Shown in pieces: positions 45,143 to 55,981 of a DNA stretch of 64,000 nucleotides (position 1 is the first letter of the stretch; the number at the start of each line of letters is the position of its first letter). The DNA comes from Aggregatilineales bacterium (lineage in GTDB: Bacteria > Chloroflexota > Anaerolineae > Aggregatilineales > Phototrophicaceae): assembly GCA_038248285.1 (NCBI GenBank), contig JBBRTY010000001.1:5766-69765 (forward strand). Direction: 5' to 3'. The notes beneath the pieces were generated by a model, which was not told the DNA's origin, ran no database searches, and was given only the letters and a program-made list of their open reading frames with translations. The translations under genes were made by a program, and so were the position numbers.

Positions 45143-46114
45143 ATGCCGTTATTTGATCTGCCCTTAGAACAACTTCAAACCTATCTGCCCCCCCGTGATG
45201 AACCCTCAGACTTTGATAGTTTTTGGGCAACCACCCTCGAACAAGCGCGTGCCTTTCCCTTAAACACCCGCTTTGATCTGATTGATCAAGGCATCCGCCA
45301 ATTTGATACCTATGATGTCACCTTTAATGGCTATGGCGGTCAGCCGATCAAAGCCTGGTTCATCCTACCCAAGAACACCACTACGCCGTTGCCCTGCGTC
45401 GTCGAGTATCTCGGTTATGGCGGGGGGCGGGCTTTCAGCTTTAACCATTTGCACTTTCCCGCCGCCGGCTACGCCACCCTCTTGATGGATACCCGCGGTC
45501 AAGGCAGTGTATGGTCCAATGGCGATACCCCCGACAATGTGCCTGATGGCGGTAATCCTTTCTATCCCGGCTTCATGACTCAAGGCATTCTCGACAAAAA
45601 CAGCTACTACTATCGCCGCGTCATGACCGACGCTGTACGCGCGATTGAAGCTGCCCGTTCGCATGATTTGGTGGACGCCTCCAAGATCGCCGTCGCTGGC
45701 GTCAGTCAAGGCGGGGGGTTAACACTCGCCGCCGCTGGGCTGATGCCTGATGTCGCGCTGGCAATGCCTGATGTCCCGTTCTTATGTGGCTATCGTCGGG
45801 CAACGACTATCATCGGCAGCGCCCCCTACAGCGAAATTAGCAATTTTCTGAAAACGCATCGCGATAAAATTGAAACCATATACACCACCCTTAGCTATTT
45901 TGACGGCATCAACTTTGCGGTGCGGGCACAAGCAAAAGCGCTCTTCTCGGTGGGCTTGATGGATGAAATCTGCCCACCCTCCACCGTTTATGCCGCCTAC
46001 AACTACTACGCAGGCGCAAAAGAAATACATGTCTATCCCTTTAACAATCACGAAGGCGGCGGTTCCTATCAACGCTTGGAACACTATCGCTTCTTGCAAC
46101 AGGCATGGGGCTAA
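45143..46114 (+). CDS. Acetylxylan esterase / cephalosporin-C deacetylase (CE7 family)
   Basis: MPLFDLPLEQLQTYLPP...DFDSFW, GYGGG, the nucleophile elbow GVSQGGG and a C-terminal NHEGGG (His) match CE7 AXE1 enzymes. Confidence 0.85.
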   Translation: MPLFDLPLEQLQTYLPPRDEPSDFDSFWATTLEQARAFPLNTRFDLIDQGIRQFDTYDVTFNGYGGQPIKAWFILPKNTTTPLPCVVEYLGYGGGRAFSFNHLHFPAAGYATLLMDTRGQGSVWSNGDTPDNVPDGGNPFYPGFMTQGILDKNSYYYRRVMTDAVRAIEAARSHDLVDASKIAVAGVSQGGGLTLAAAGLMPDVALAMPDVPFLCGYRRATTIIGSAPYSEISNFLKTHRDKIETIYTTLSYFDGINFAVRAQAKALFSVGLMDEICPPSTVYAAYNYYAGAKEIHVYPFNNHEGGGSYQRLEHYRFLQQAWG

Positions 46115-46238
46115 ACAAAAGTGCGATGGGTTCACCTATTAAGAAATAGGTTTTCAGGCTTTGCGGTATAGTCTCGAATTTTGGTGCCATAGGCGGTATG
46201 ATCACCGCAAGACCCTCAGACTTATTGGGAAAAATTCG

Positions 46239-49037
46239 ATGACGTTTTGGAACGATTTCACCGGTCCCAATGCAGCTTATGTGATTGAGCTGTATGATCG
46301 GTATCTCAAAGACCCGACTTCGGTCGATGAGGCGACGCGCCGCGCCTTCGAGGGATCAACCCAGCCCACGCCGGACGACTCTGCCGTCTCATCCTATTCA
46401 TCAGCACCCGCCACCGCCATCGCGTCGGTGGACATGCGCAAAATCGCCGGTGCCGTCGCCTATGCCGCTGCCATCCGCGAATACGGTCACGCTGCCAGCG
46501 CGCTTGACCCGCTAGGCACGCCACCCCCCGGCGACCCAGCCCTTGATCTGGCTTTTCAAGGCATCACCGAAGACGACCTGCACGCGCTTCCGGCATCGCT
46601 CGTCGGCGGCAAAGGCGTATCCGCCTATGATGCTTGCGAAGTCCTAAAATCTATCTATTGTGCGACCACAGGTTATGACTTTGACCACATCCGCAATCCA
46701 TCCGAACGCGATTGGTTGCGTGCGGCGGTCGAATCGGGCGATTATGCGTCCGCCAGCAACCCAGTAGACGACGTGGCGGTCTTGACCCGCCTCACCGAGG
46801 TGGAAAGTTTTGAGCTTTTCATCCATCGCCGTTTCCCCGGCAAACATCGCTTCTCGATTGAGGGGTTAGATGTCCTTGTACCCATGATGGATATGGTCAT
46901 CACCGAACTGGCAAATCGCCGTGAGCGCAATATTTTGATCGGCATGGCGCATCGTGGGCGCTTAAATGTGTTGGCGCACATCCTCAACAAGCCTTATCGC
47001 CAAATTCTCGCAGAATTCAAAGACCCGGTGCGGCGCGAACCAGGGCGGGATTATTTTGGTTGGACGGGCGATGTGAAGTATCACATGGGGGGCGAGCGGC
47101 GCGTGACCGATGTTCAAGTCGATCTCGACATCAAACTAGCACCCAACCCCAGCCATCTGGAATTCGTCAATCCGGTAGTCGAAGGCATGGCACGCGCCGC
47201 TGGTACCGATGTTAGTCGTCCGGGCGCGCCCACTTTTGATGCCGGTGTCACTCAACCCATCCTCATTCATGGCGATGCGGCGTTCCCCGGTCAAGGTGTC
47301 GTCTCGGAAACGTTCAATCTTTTCAATCTGCCCGGCTATACTACCGGTGGCACGCTCCACATCATCACCAACAATCAACTCGGCTTCACGACCGACCCCA
47401 TCGATTCGCGTAGTACCCTTTATGCCAGCGATCTCGCCAAAGGCTTCAAACTGCCGATTGTCCACGTCAATGCGGATGATCCTCATGCGTGTTTGGCGGT
47501 GGCGCGGTTAGCAGTGGCATTTTTGACTGAGTTCCAGCGGGACTTTGTGATCGACCTCATCGGCTATCGTCGTTGGGGGCACAATGAAGGCGATGATCCG
47601 GGCTTCACCCAGCCGCTCATGTATCAAAAAGTCACTCAGCACGAGACCGTGCGCCGTCTGTGGGCGAACGCGCTCATTGCGCGCGGCGTGATCACCGAAG
47701 CGGATGCCAGTGCCCTCGTCGATCAAAAGATGAATGCCCTGCAAGCCGAACTTGAATCGCTCGATCCTGAAAAAGACGCGCCCGATCACCGCCCGCGTCT
47801 GCCGGAACCGGGGATCGCCCGCCGCTCCAAAACGGCTACCTCGGCAGAACGTTTGCGTAACCTCAATCGCGGCTTACTCACCTTCCCCGATGGTTTCGAG
47901 CAGCACCCCAAATTGGCAAAGGCAGTTGCCGCCCGTTTGGAAAGCCTCAATGATGCCGACGCCCCCACCATCCAATGGGCAACCGCCGAAGAATTGGCAT
48001 TCGCCAGCCTGCTTGAAGAAGGTGTCCCCATTCGCTTGACAGGGCAAGATGTCGAACGAGGCACTTATAACCAACGCCATGCCGTTTTCCACGACTACAA
48101 AACCGGCGCGCGCTTCACCCCCTTACAAGCGCTGCCCCAAGCCACCGCCGCCTATGAAATTCATAACAGCCCACTCTCCGAAATGGCGGCACTGGGCTTT
48201 GAATACGGCTATAACGTGCAAGAACCATGCCGTTTTGTCTTGTGGGAGGCGCAGTATGGTGATTTCTTCAACAGTGCTCAGGTGATCATCGACGAATTCA
48301 TCGTCTCCGCCCGTGACAAATTCGGCTTAACGCCATCGTTGGTGCTGCTGTTGCCGCACGGCTATGAAGGCGCGGGACCCGACCACTCCAGTGCGCGAGT
48401 GGAACGTTTCCTGCAATCCGCCGCCAACCTCAATATGCGTATTGCCAACCCGACGACCGCGGCGAATTATTTCCACCTGCTGCGCCGACAGGCTTTGCTC
48501 CTAGAGACCGATCCGCTCCCGTTGGTGGTGTTGACCCCCAAGAGCTTACTGCGGAACCCGCTGGTCGCCTCCAGCTTGAACGATCTCGCCAATGGCACAT
48601 GGCAAGCGGTGATCGATGATGTGCGCGCCGTGCCCGAAACCACCCGCCGCTTGATCTTGTGCAACGGCAAGATATACATCGACTTGGTGAGCAACCCCCT
48701 GCGCGAAACCAGCACAGCGATTGCCATCGCCCGACTAGAGCAGTTATACCCCTTCCCCACTCAAGACCTACAAGCACTCCTTGACCGCTATACACAGCTC
48801 GAAGAAGTGATTTGGGTACAAGAAGAACCTGAAAATATGGGGGCATGGGAATTCGTCCGCCCGCTCTTGCAAACCATGATCGACGGGCGGGTGCCCCTGC
48901 GTTATATCGGTCGCGGGCGTATGTCCAGCCCGGCGGAAGGTTCTGCCGCTCTCCATCAGCAAAATCAAGCGGCGTTGGTCGCGGGCGCGTTAAGCCGCGA
49001 TTTGGTCGTATCGGCACAGGATATTGTGATCAAATAA
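46239..49037 (+). CDS. sucA: 2-oxoglutarate dehydrogenase E1 component
   Basis: Starts [26 protein letters not shown]. Motifs [38 protein letters not shown] and [12 protein letters not shown] are hallmark SucA blocks. The ORF-track start at 46161 adds 26 unrelated residues. Confidence 0.9.
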   Translation: MTFWNDFTGPNAAYVIELYDRYLKDPTSVDEATRRAFEGSTQPTPDDSAVSSYSSAPATAIASVDMRKIAGAVAYAAAIREYGHAASALDPLGTPPPGDPALDLAFQGITEDDLHALPASLVGGKGVSAYDACEVLKSIYCATTGYDFDHIRNPSERDWLRAAVESGDYASASNPVDDVAVLTRLTEVESFELFIHRRFPGKHRFSIEGLDVLVPMMDMVITELANRRERNILIGMAHRGRLNVLAHILNKPYRQILAEFKDPVRREPGRDYFGWTGDVKYHMGGERRVTDVQVDLDIKLAPNPSHLEFVNPVVEGMARAAGTDVSRPGAPTFDAGVTQPILIHGDAAFPGQGVVSETFNLFNLPGYTTGGTLHIITNNQLGFTTDPIDSRSTLYASDLAKGFKLPIVHVNADDPHACLAVARLAVAFLTEFQRDFVIDLIGYRRWGHNEGDDPGFTQPLMYQKVTQHETVRRLWANALIARGVITEADASALVDQKMNALQAELESLDPEKDAPDHRPRLPEPGIARRSKTATSAERLRNLNRGLLTFPDGFEQHPKLAKAVAARLESLNDADAPTIQWATAEELAFASLLEEGVPIRLTGQDVERGTYNQRHAVFHDYKTGARFTPLQALPQATAAYEIHNSPLSEMAALGFEYGYNVQEPCRFVLWEAQYGDFFNSAQVIIDEFIVSARDKFGLTPSLVLLLPHGYEGAGPDHSSARVERFLQSAANLNMRIANPTTAANYFHLLRRQALLLETDPLPLVVLTPKSLLRNPLVASSLNDLANGTWQAVIDDVRAVPETTRRLILCNGKIYIDLVSNPLRETSTAIAIARLEQLYPFPTQDLQALLDRYTQLEEVIWVQEEPENMGAWEFVRPLLQTMIDGRVPLRYIGRGRMSSPAEGSAALHQQNQAALVAGALSRDLVVSAQDIVIK

Positions 49038-49066
49038 GGTCTTACACAAGCGAAGGAATGAACCAC

Positions 49067-50314
49067 ATGGCGATTAACATCATCGTGCCAGACTTGGGCG
49101 AATCCGTCATCGAAGCGACGGTCGCACGCTGGCTGAAAAAAGAAGGCGACATGGTAAACGTAGGTGAGCCAGTGGTCGTGTTGGAAACCGACAAGGTTGA
49201 TCTCGAAGTCGGGGCTGATCGCGGTGGCGTGTTGGCGAAAATTGACCAACCTGCTGGTGCCGATGTCAAAATCGGCGATGTCTTGGGCAGCATTGAGGAG
49301 TCGGCGGGGACAGCCCCCGCGGCGGGCGCAAGCGCCGCCCCAAGCGCCCCGGCACCCGTCAGCAAACCAGCGCCAGCCCCTGCAAGTGCGCCCGCCGCCG
49401 CTCCGGTTGCTGCCAGCGCTACCCCCGTAGCGCGGCGCGTCGCCGAAGATCAGCAGGTCGATCTGGGGCGTGTTGAAGCCAGTTCCGGCGGGCGGGTGAC
49501 CAAAGCCGATGTCGAACGCTTTGTCGAAGGGCAAAAAGCCACCCCTGCCGCGCTTACCGCTGCCCCAACACCGATGGCGGCACCTGCGACCGTCCCCATC
49601 AGCAATGTCCATGGTCGTGCCGAAGAGCGTGTCAAGATGTCGCGCCGCCGCCGTACCATCGCCCAACGCTTAGTCGAAGCACAGCACACCGCCGCCATGT
49701 TGACCACCTTCAATGAAATCGACATGACGGGTGTCCAACAGATTCGCGAGAAGCACAAAGAACGCTTTAAGACCGAATACGGTATCGGTTTGGGCTTGTC
49801 GTCATTTTTCGTCAAAGCGGTGATTGGCGCGCTCAAGACGCAACCACGTTTGAATTCCGAACTGCAAGGGGATGAAGTTGTCCTCAAGCACTACTATGAC
49901 ATTGGCATGGCGATTGGCGCGGAAGAAGGGCTGGTCGTGCCCGTGATACGGGACGCCGACAAACTCTCGTTTGGGGACATTGAAAAAGCCATCAAGAAAT
50001 TTGCCGCCCAAGCCAATGACGGCTCGTTGTCGCTGGACTCGCTGCGGGGTGGCACCTTCACCATCACCAATGGCGGCGTCTTCGGTTCCTTGATGAGTAC
50101 CCCCATCTTGAATCCGCCCCAAGTCGCGATCTTGGGGTTGCACAAAATTCAACAGCGTCCGGTAGCGGTCAATGGCGAAGTCGTCATCCGCCCCATGATG
50201 TATACCGCCCTCAGTTATGATCACCGCGTGGTCGATGGGCGCGAAGCCGTGCAATTCCTCGTCCGTGTAAAAGACTTGCTGGAAGACCCAGAACGCCTCT
50301 TGATCGAAGGCTAA
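49067..50314 (+). CDS. sucB: Dihydrolipoyllysine-residue succinyltransferase (E2 of 2-oxoglutarate dehydrogenase)
   Basis: Lipoyl domain [41 protein letters not shown], an Ala/Pro linker, and a catalytic domain ending [20 protein letters not shown] lies 9 nt upstream of ATG 49067. The long ORF-track extension overlaps sucA. Confidence 0.9.
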   Translation: MAINIIVPDLGESVIEATVARWLKKEGDMVNVGEPVVVLETDKVDLEVGADRGGVLAKIDQPAGADVKIGDVLGSIEESAGTAPAAGASAAPSAPAPVSKPAPAPASAPAAAPVAASATPVARRVAEDQQVDLGRVEASSGGRVTKADVERFVEGQKATPAALTAAPTPMAAPATVPISNVHGRAEERVKMSRRRRTIAQRLVEAQHTAAMLTTFNEIDMTGVQQIREKHKERFKTEYGIGLGLSSFFVKAVIGALKTQPRLNSELQGDEVVLKHYYDIGMAIGAEEGLVVPVIRDADKLSFGDIEKAIKKFAAQANDGSLSLDSLRGGTFTITNGGVFGSLMSTPILNPPQVAILGLHKIQQRPVAVNGEVVIRPMMYTALSYDHRVVDGREAVQFLVRVKDLLEDPERLLIEG

Positions 50315-50383
50315 GGCGTTTATCTGATTACAGGATACGGGCATGATCACTCATGCCCGCATACCCTTTATAGAGCGCACCTA

Positions 50384-50785
50384 CTAAGCAGCTGCCTCAG
50401 CATCCGTCTCAGGAGCCATCTCACTATAAAAAGCGAACGCATTGCCTTCGGTATCCCCAAAAATGATAAAATCTCCCGCGCCACCCATCGACTCTTTGGG
50501 CGCAATCACCTTGCCCCCAGCAGCGATCACCCGTTCGGTATAGACCGCCAAATCCTCGCTGGCATTATAATAGACCAATTGCCCCTTCGCCGTCGGCTCA
50601 AAATTCGCGGTCTGATTTAGACTGATCCCCGGAATCTGCGAATCCTCTTCAGAAAACAGAACCGCCACGCGGCGCACATCATCCACATAGGGCGTCACGG
50701 TCGCTAAACCAAAAACATCTTGATAAAACTTCACGGCACGGTCAAGATCAAGGACGGGGATTTCGATAAAACCAGCATGAATCAT
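50384..50785 (-). CDS. VOC (glyoxalase/bleomycin-resistance/dioxygenase) family protein
   Basis: MIHAGFIEIPVLDLDRAVKFYQDVFGL is a typical VOC N-terminus. CAGGAG lies upstream of ATG 50785. Confidence 0.7.
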   Translation of the reverse strand: MIHAGFIEIPVLDLDRAVKFYQDVFGLATVTPYVDDVRRVAVLFSEEDSQIPGISLNQTANFEPTAKGQLVYYNASEDLAVYTERVIAAGGKVIAPKESMGGAGDFIIFGDTEGNAFAFYSEMAPETDAEAAA

Positions 50786-50856
50786 GAGACACTCCTGTGA
50801 CGAAAGAAGAACAAAATTTCTCATTCATCTTACGCTCATTTGTGCGCATTGTCAAC

Positions 50857-51723
50857 CTACCCGAAGATCACCGACTTGTTGTTGTAGATCAAAATTTGAC
50901 GGCGCAGATGGTGCCAAATCGCCCGCGACAACACCAATTTTTCGATATCGCGCCCCTTGCGGATCATGTCTTCGACCGAGTCTTTGTGATTCACACGGGT
51001 GATATCCTGTTCGATGATCGGACCGGCATCTAAATCACCGGTCACATAATGGCTGGTCGCGCCGATGATCTTCACGCCCCGCGCAAAGGCGGCATGATAG
51101 GGCTTGGCACCCACAAAGGCGGGCAAGAACGAGTGATGAATATTGATGATCTGGTTCGGGAACGCCTCGACAAAAGACGGCGACAAAATCTGCATATAGC
51201 GCGCCAACACCACAAAGTCGATCTTATATTCCCTCAACAGGGCAATCTGCGCTTGCTCTTGCTCGGCTTTATTGTCTTTGGTCATGGTGAACAATTTGAA
51301 GTCGATGCCAAAGGTGTGCGCCACCGCTTCAAAATCGGGATGGTTGCCAATGATCACGGGGATATCAACATTCCATTCGCCCGATTGATAGCGCGCGAGG
51401 ATATCGTACAGGCAGTGCCCATACTTGGAGACAAAAATCGCCATCCGTTGGTTGCGATCCGAAAAGTGTAATGACCACCGCATCCGAAACTGTTGCCCAA
51501 TCTCGCCGAACACCGCATCGACCGACTCGCGCGGGATCGCAAACCCTTCCATGCTCCATTCCACGCGCATGAAAAAGACATTTTCTTGGGCATCCACATG
51601 TTGGTCAAGATGTAGGATATTGCCATTATTGCGAAAAATAAAGTCGGTGATAGCTGCGACGATTCCCCGCTGATCGGGGCACGCAATCAGCAACGTCGCC
51701 GAAGGATAGGCTGATAAAGTCAA
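50857..51723 (-). CDS. purU: Formyltetrahydrofolate deformylase
   Basis: An N-terminal ACT-like domain (LLIACPDQRGIVAAITDFI) plus a formyltransferase core (INIHHSFLPAFVGAKPYHAAF, ATSHYVTGDLDAGPII). TTG start with GGGAGA 7 nt upstream. Confidence 0.9.
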   Translation of the reverse strand: MTLSAYPSATLLIACPDQRGIVAAITDFIFRNNGNILHLDQHVDAQENVFFMRVEWSMEGFAIPRESVDAVFGEIGQQFRMRWSLHFSDRNQRMAIFVSKYGHCLYDILARYQSGEWNVDIPVIIGNHPDFEAVAHTFGIDFKLFTMTKDNKAEQEQAQIALLREYKIDFVVLARYMQILSPSFVEAFPNQIINIHHSFLPAFVGAKPYHAAFARGVKIIGATSHYVTGDLDAGPIIEQDITRVNHKDSVEDMIRKGRDIEKLVLSRAIWHHLRRQILIYNNKSVIFG

Positions 51724-51770
51724 AAGAATTTCTCCCGAAGATGACTGCGAACACGGGCTTGCATCGCGTG

Positions 51771-51798
51771 ATTATAGCGGGGCGTGCAAGGCGATCAA
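51771..51798 (-). promoter_or_regulatory. Sigma-70-like promoter for purU
   Basis: On the minus strand: TTGATC (rc of 51793-51798), a 16-nt spacer, then TATAAT (rc of 51771-51776), about 45 nt upstream of the purU start. Confidence 0.45.
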
Positions 51799-51802
51799 CA
51801 TG

Positions 51803-51837
51803 AAAACGCGCCCGCACGAATTTGATCGTGGGGCGCG
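51803..51837 (-). terminator. Rho-independent terminator after recD2
   Basis: On the minus strand: CGCGCCCCACGA, loop TCAAAT, TCGTGCGGGCGCG, then TTTT. The stem is 12 bp with one bulge. Confidence 0.5.
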
Positions 51838-51883
51838 CTAGATGTGCGCTAACGAGGCAGCACTCCCGCGGTCACTAGCGCGG

Positions 51884-54100
51884 TCACTCCCCCCGGTACG
51901 CCCGCGCTTGCAACCGCCCCCGTAAGCCACTAAAGCGCTCCGTCACACGGTCATTGCCCACCGCCATGCCCACCGCCTTGCGCGTGCCCACCAACACCAC
52001 TATCTGTTTAGCGCGCGTCACCGCTGTATACAACAAATTGCGCTGAAGCATCATGTAATGCTGCGTCAACACCGGCATGATCACCACTGGATATTCCGAC
52101 CCCTGACTGCGATGCGTGCTGATGCAATAGGCATGGATCAGTTGCTCAGCTTGGGCATAATCGTAATAAACCGTCTCACCCTCAAACTCCACGCCAATCG
52201 TCGCGCTTTCGCGATCCACATCCACCAGCACGCCAATATCGCCATTGAACACATCCAAATCATAATTATTTTTCGTCTGCATCACCTTATCGCCCACGCG
52301 CAATAATTTTCCCCCTGCGCGGTGTTCGGGCACACCACTTGCGGGATTCAGCGCCGCTTGCAACGCCAAATTCAGCGCATCCACCCCCGCCGCTCCGCGA
52401 TACATCGGCGCGATCACCTGAATCTCGCGGCGCGGATCGATCCCAAACTTGCTCGGCAGCCGTCGCAAAACAATATCGACCACCAAGTCTGTCACATCAT
52501 TGGGGTCTTCCACACCAAAAAAGTAAAAGTCATTGCTGCTGTTGTCCAACAACGGCATCTCGCCCTCGTTGATTAAGTGGGCATTGCTGATAATTTGGCT
52601 GCCCTCCTCTTGGCGAAAGATCGTCTTCAAACGGGTGACATGCGCCACCCCGCTGTCGATCACATCGCGCAGGACATTGCCCGCCCCCACGCTCGGCAAT
52701 TGATCGACATCGCCCACCAGCATCAGATGCGTTTCTGGCTTGAGCGCCCGTACCACCGCATCAAACAACATCAAATCCAGCATTGAGGTCTCGTCCAAGA
52801 CCAGCATATCGACATCAAGCGGGTTGGTCTCGTCATACAAAAAATCACCCGTTTCGGGCATAAAGCCGAGCAAGCGATGGATCGTGACCGCTGGGTGCCC
52901 CGTCGCCTCTGCCAAGCGCTTGGACGCCCTGCCTGTAGGCGACGCCAGCGCGAAGTCCACCTCTAGCTCCACCAACATGTGGATCACCGTGCGCAAGGTC
53001 GTGGTCTTACCCGTGCCCGGTCCGCCCGTCAACACCGAGACTTTATTGGTCAAAGCGGCGGCAGTGGCGTCCCGCTGTTGGGGCGAAAGCGTCAGTTTAT
53101 TCTGGCGTATCACCGTTTCCAGCATCCCCTCGCTCAGGACATCATTGGCTTTGTCCGAAAATGCCGAGTCATTTCGGATCATGCGCGTCATTAAGATGGA
53201 GGCGTTGGTCTCCGCTTCGTAATACTCTGGGGTATAAATCGGTGTCGTCTCGTGCGAACGTCCGTCACTTTCGGCAACAATGTGTTCTTGGATGATCTCA
53301 TGCTCAATCAGTGTCTCCACCAACGTTGAGTCGGTCACGCCCAGCGCCTTCATCGCTTGTTCGACGAGCATCTGGCGCGGCAAAAACACATGCCCGTCAA
53401 AGGCAGCTTGATTGAGGGTATAGCGCAAACCGGCACGGATACGGTTGGGATCATCCAGTTCCACCCCCAAGTTACGAGCGACGCTATCCGCCCGCTGAAA
53501 GCCATACCCAAACACCTCATCCGCCAACGTATACGGGTTTGCCCGGACGGTCTTGGCGGCTTCGCCACCCATATATTTGACGATCCGCGCCGACATCACG
53601 CCGCTGATCCCAAATTCTTGTAAATCGATCATCGCCCGCCGATTATCCTGCCCAGAACGCCACGCCATGATCAACCGTTCGGCAAGCTCACGCTTCAAAC
53701 CCGGCACATCAAAAACCTTATCCGGGTTTTTATCCAGCACTTGGATCGCATCTTTGCCGAGAAAGCGCACGATCTTTTCCGCCGTCTTTTGCCCCAAGCC
53801 CTTGACCAAGCCGCCGCCCAGATAGCTGATCAACCCATCGCGGGAACTAGGCGCGACGGGGATACAAGTGAGCGCCTTAAACTGACGCCCATACTTAGGC
53901 GTCTCCACCCACTCGCCGGTAAACTCAAGGTCTTCACCGGGACTCACATCTGGCATCCCGCCGACCACCGTCACATTGCCAGAAACTTTCGGCACCGACC
54001 CCGTCGCATCCGCCTTCAGCACCAACACGGTGTACCCGTTTTGGGCATTACTAAAGGTGATCCGCTCGACTTGCCCTTTCAGTGTCGCCATGTGTCGCAT
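51884..54100 (-). CDS. recD2: RecD2-type SF1B ATP-dependent DNA helicase
   Basis: N-terminus LKGQVERITFSNAQNGYTVL, Walker A LTGGPGTGKTT, Walker B MLVLDETSM, then VGDVDQLPSVGAG and a C-terminal LLYTAVTRAKQIVVLVG. An alternative start lies 3 codons downstream. Confidence 0.9.
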   Translation of the reverse strand: MRHMATLKGQVERITFSNAQNGYTVLVLKADATGSVPKVSGNVTVVGGMPDVSPGEDLEFTGEWVETPKYGRQFKALTCIPVAPSSRDGLISYLGGGLVKGLGQKTAEKIVRFLGKDAIQVLDKNPDKVFDVPGLKRELAERLIMAWRSGQDNRRAMIDLQEFGISGVMSARIVKYMGGEAAKTVRANPYTLADEVFGYGFQRADSVARNLGVELDDPNRIRAGLRYTLNQAAFDGHVFLPRQMLVEQAMKALGVTDSTLVETLIEHEIIQEHIVAESDGRSHETTPIYTPEYYEAETNASILMTRMIRNDSAFSDKANDVLSEGMLETVIRQNKLTLSPQQRDATAAALTNKVSVLTGGPGTGKTTTLRTVIHMLVELEVDFALASPTGRASKRLAEATGHPAVTIHRLLGFMPETGDFLYDETNPLDVDMLVLDETSMLDLMLFDAVVRALKPETHLMLVGDVDQLPSVGAGNVLRDVIDSGVAHVTRLKTIFRQEEGSQIISNAHLINEGEMPLLDNSSNDFYFFGVEDPNDVTDLVVDIVLRRLPSKFGIDPRREIQVIAPMYRGAAGVDALNLALQAALNPASGVPEHRAGGKLLRVGDKVMQTKNNYDLDVFNGDIGVLVDVDRESATIGVEFEGETVYYDYAQAEQLIHAYCISTHRSQGSEYPVVIMPVLTQHYMMLQRNLLYTAVTRAKQIVVLVGTRKAVGMAVGNDRVTERFSGLRGRLQARAYRGE

Positions 54101-54214
54101 TGCCCCACATTTTCCAGTTTGACCAAAGTGAAGGAAACTATAGCATATCCCCTAGTCCCTGTGATATGTTTTCTCTAGTTTTGTAGAGATGTTTCCTTGA
54201 AAGGATTTATACTC

Positions 54215-55726
54215 ATGACCTTGTTTCCCCGCGCCAGCGGAATTTTGTTCCACCCCACCTCATTACCGGGTCGTTACGGCATCGGTGATTTGGGGGAATG
54301 GGCGTATCGCTTCGTCGATTGGCTGCACGCCGCCAAGCAATCCATTTGGCAAGTGCTGCCTTTGGGGCCCACCAGTTACGGTGACTCGCCCTATCAAGCC
54401 TTGTCCGCAATGGCGGGCAACCCCTTTCTCATCAGCCTCGACCGATTGGTCACGGCGGGTTGGCTCAGCACTACAGATTTGCAGGATGTCCCCAACTTCC
54501 CGACTGATCATGTCGATTTCGGTTGGATCATCCCTTACCATAACGAAAAATTGCGTTTGGCATACGATGGTTTTGCTGCCCGCGCCACCCCTGCCGAAGT
54601 GACCGCCTTCCGCGCTTGGGAACACGAAAATATCTATTGGCTAGAAGATTATGCCCTGTTCATGGCGCTGAAAGAAGCCCACAACGGCGAACCATGGGGA
54701 CACTGGGAGCCAGCGCTATCCCTACGCAAGCCCGAAGCCCTGCGCGCCGCCACTGCCCAATATGCGAAGGAACTCGATCAATACCGCTTCACCCAATGGG
54801 TCTTCGCGCAACAGTGGAACGACTTGCGCGCCTATGCTGCTAGTCGTGGGATTCGTTTCATCGGCGACCTGCCCATTTTCGTCGCCCACGATAGCAGCGA
54901 TGTGTGGGCAAATCCGCATCTCTACAAATTGGATGCGCAAGGCAATCCCATCACCGTCGCGGGGGTGCCGCCCGATTTTTTCAGCGCCACCGGTCAATTG
55001 TGGGGCAATCCGCATTACCGTTGGGAGGTCATGGCAAAAGACAATTACAACTGGTGGGTTCAACGCTTCAAAGCGGTGTTGGCACAGGTGGACATCATTC
55101 GCATTGATCACTTTCGCGGCTTTGAAGCCTCGTGGGAAATCCCTGGCGACGACAAAACCGCCGAGCGTGGGGTATGGGTCAAAGGACCAGAACTCCCCTT
55201 CTTCCGTGCGATGGAAGCCGCTCTCGGCAACTTACCCATCATTGCCGAAGACTTGGGGGTCATCACCCCGCCCGTCGATGCCATGCGTAAAACGCTGCAA
55301 TTGCCCGGCATGAAAGTGTTGCAATTCGCCTTTGGCGGTGGCTTCAGCGAATCAAAATACCTGCCCCACAACTATAGCGAAAATTACATTGTCTATACCG
55401 GCACCCATGACAATGACACGACCGTCGGCTGGTTCAACAGTGAGCAAAGCGGCGATATCGCCCGTGACCATATGCTGCACTACCTGAACCGTGATTATCG
55501 CACTGTCGAACCCCATTGGGATTTGATCCGGTTGGGCATGAGTTCCGTCGCTCACACCTGTGTGGTGCCGTTGCAAGACGTTTTGGGCTTGGGGTCTGCC
55601 GCCCGCATGAACACGCCGGGCATCGCGTCTGGCAACTGGCAATGGCGCTTCACCCCCCAAATGTTAGAAGGTCCTGCCCGCAGTCGCTTGGCAACGATCA
55701 CTGAGATGTACGGACGCGCTCCCTAA
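54215..55726 (+). CDS. malQ: 4-alpha-glucanotransferase (amylomaltase, GH77)
   Basis: RASGILFHPTSLPGRYGIGDLG, SPYQALSAMAGNPFLISL, IRIDHFRGF, IIAEDLGVIT and YTGTHDNDT are hallmark MalQ blocks. Start placed at ATG 54215 after AAAGGA. Confidence 0.9.
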   Translation: MTLFPRASGILFHPTSLPGRYGIGDLGEWAYRFVDWLHAAKQSIWQVLPLGPTSYGDSPYQALSAMAGNPFLISLDRLVTAGWLSTTDLQDVPNFPTDHVDFGWIIPYHNEKLRLAYDGFAARATPAEVTAFRAWEHENIYWLEDYALFMALKEAHNGEPWGHWEPALSLRKPEALRAATAQYAKELDQYRFTQWVFAQQWNDLRAYAASRGIRFIGDLPIFVAHDSSDVWANPHLYKLDAQGNPITVAGVPPDFFSATGQLWGNPHYRWEVMAKDNYNWWVQRFKAVLAQVDIIRIDHFRGFEASWEIPGDDKTAERGVWVKGPELPFFRAMEAALGNLPIIAEDLGVITPPVDAMRKTLQLPGMKVLQFAFGGGFSESKYLPHNYSENYIVYTGTHDNDTTVGWFNSEQSGDIARDHMLHYLNRDYRTVEPHWDLIRLGMSSVAHTCVVPLQDVLGLGSAARMNTPGIASGNWQWRFTPQMLEGPARSRLATITEMYGRAP

Positions 55727-55761
55727 GCCCATTTTCACCCAAGATATCGGGCTATCCCCTA

Positions 55762-55804
55762 GCGCACATCACTTCTTTCCCCCCGTGATGTGCGCTTCTT
55801 TTAT
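55762..55804 (+). terminator. Rho-independent terminator of malQ
   Basis: GCGCACATCAC (55762-55772), a 12-nt loop, GTGATGTGCGC (55785-55795), followed by TTCTTTTAT. Confidence 0.65.
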
Positions 55805-55908
55805 AATTCTAACGTCCTCTTATAGGGCTTTTACAGAACATCGATATTGCTCTTATATGCCTGATCTATCCTTTAGTCAGCAGCAGCAACACACCCCCTT
55901 TGTAACAG

Positions 55909-55946
55909 CCTCCGCCTCGCCTCACCGAGACGGAGGCTTTTTTATT
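55909..55946 (+). terminator. Second, orphan rho-independent terminator between malQ and menA
   Basis: CCTCCGCCTCG (55909-55919), loop CCTCAC, CGAGACGGAGG (55926-55936, one mismatch), followed by CTTTTTTATT. Confidence 0.5.
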
Positions 55947-55981
55947 GTCGTCACTCTCCAATCCCTACCCCCTGATTTATA

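Noticed and set aside
48845-49066. Long N-terminal extension of sucB in the ORF track, overlapping the sucA 3' end.
   Set aside because: The extension is Arg/Gly-rich and out of character for E2 proteins. The lipoyl domain begins at [13 protein letters not shown] (ATG 49067), which has an AGGA SD.
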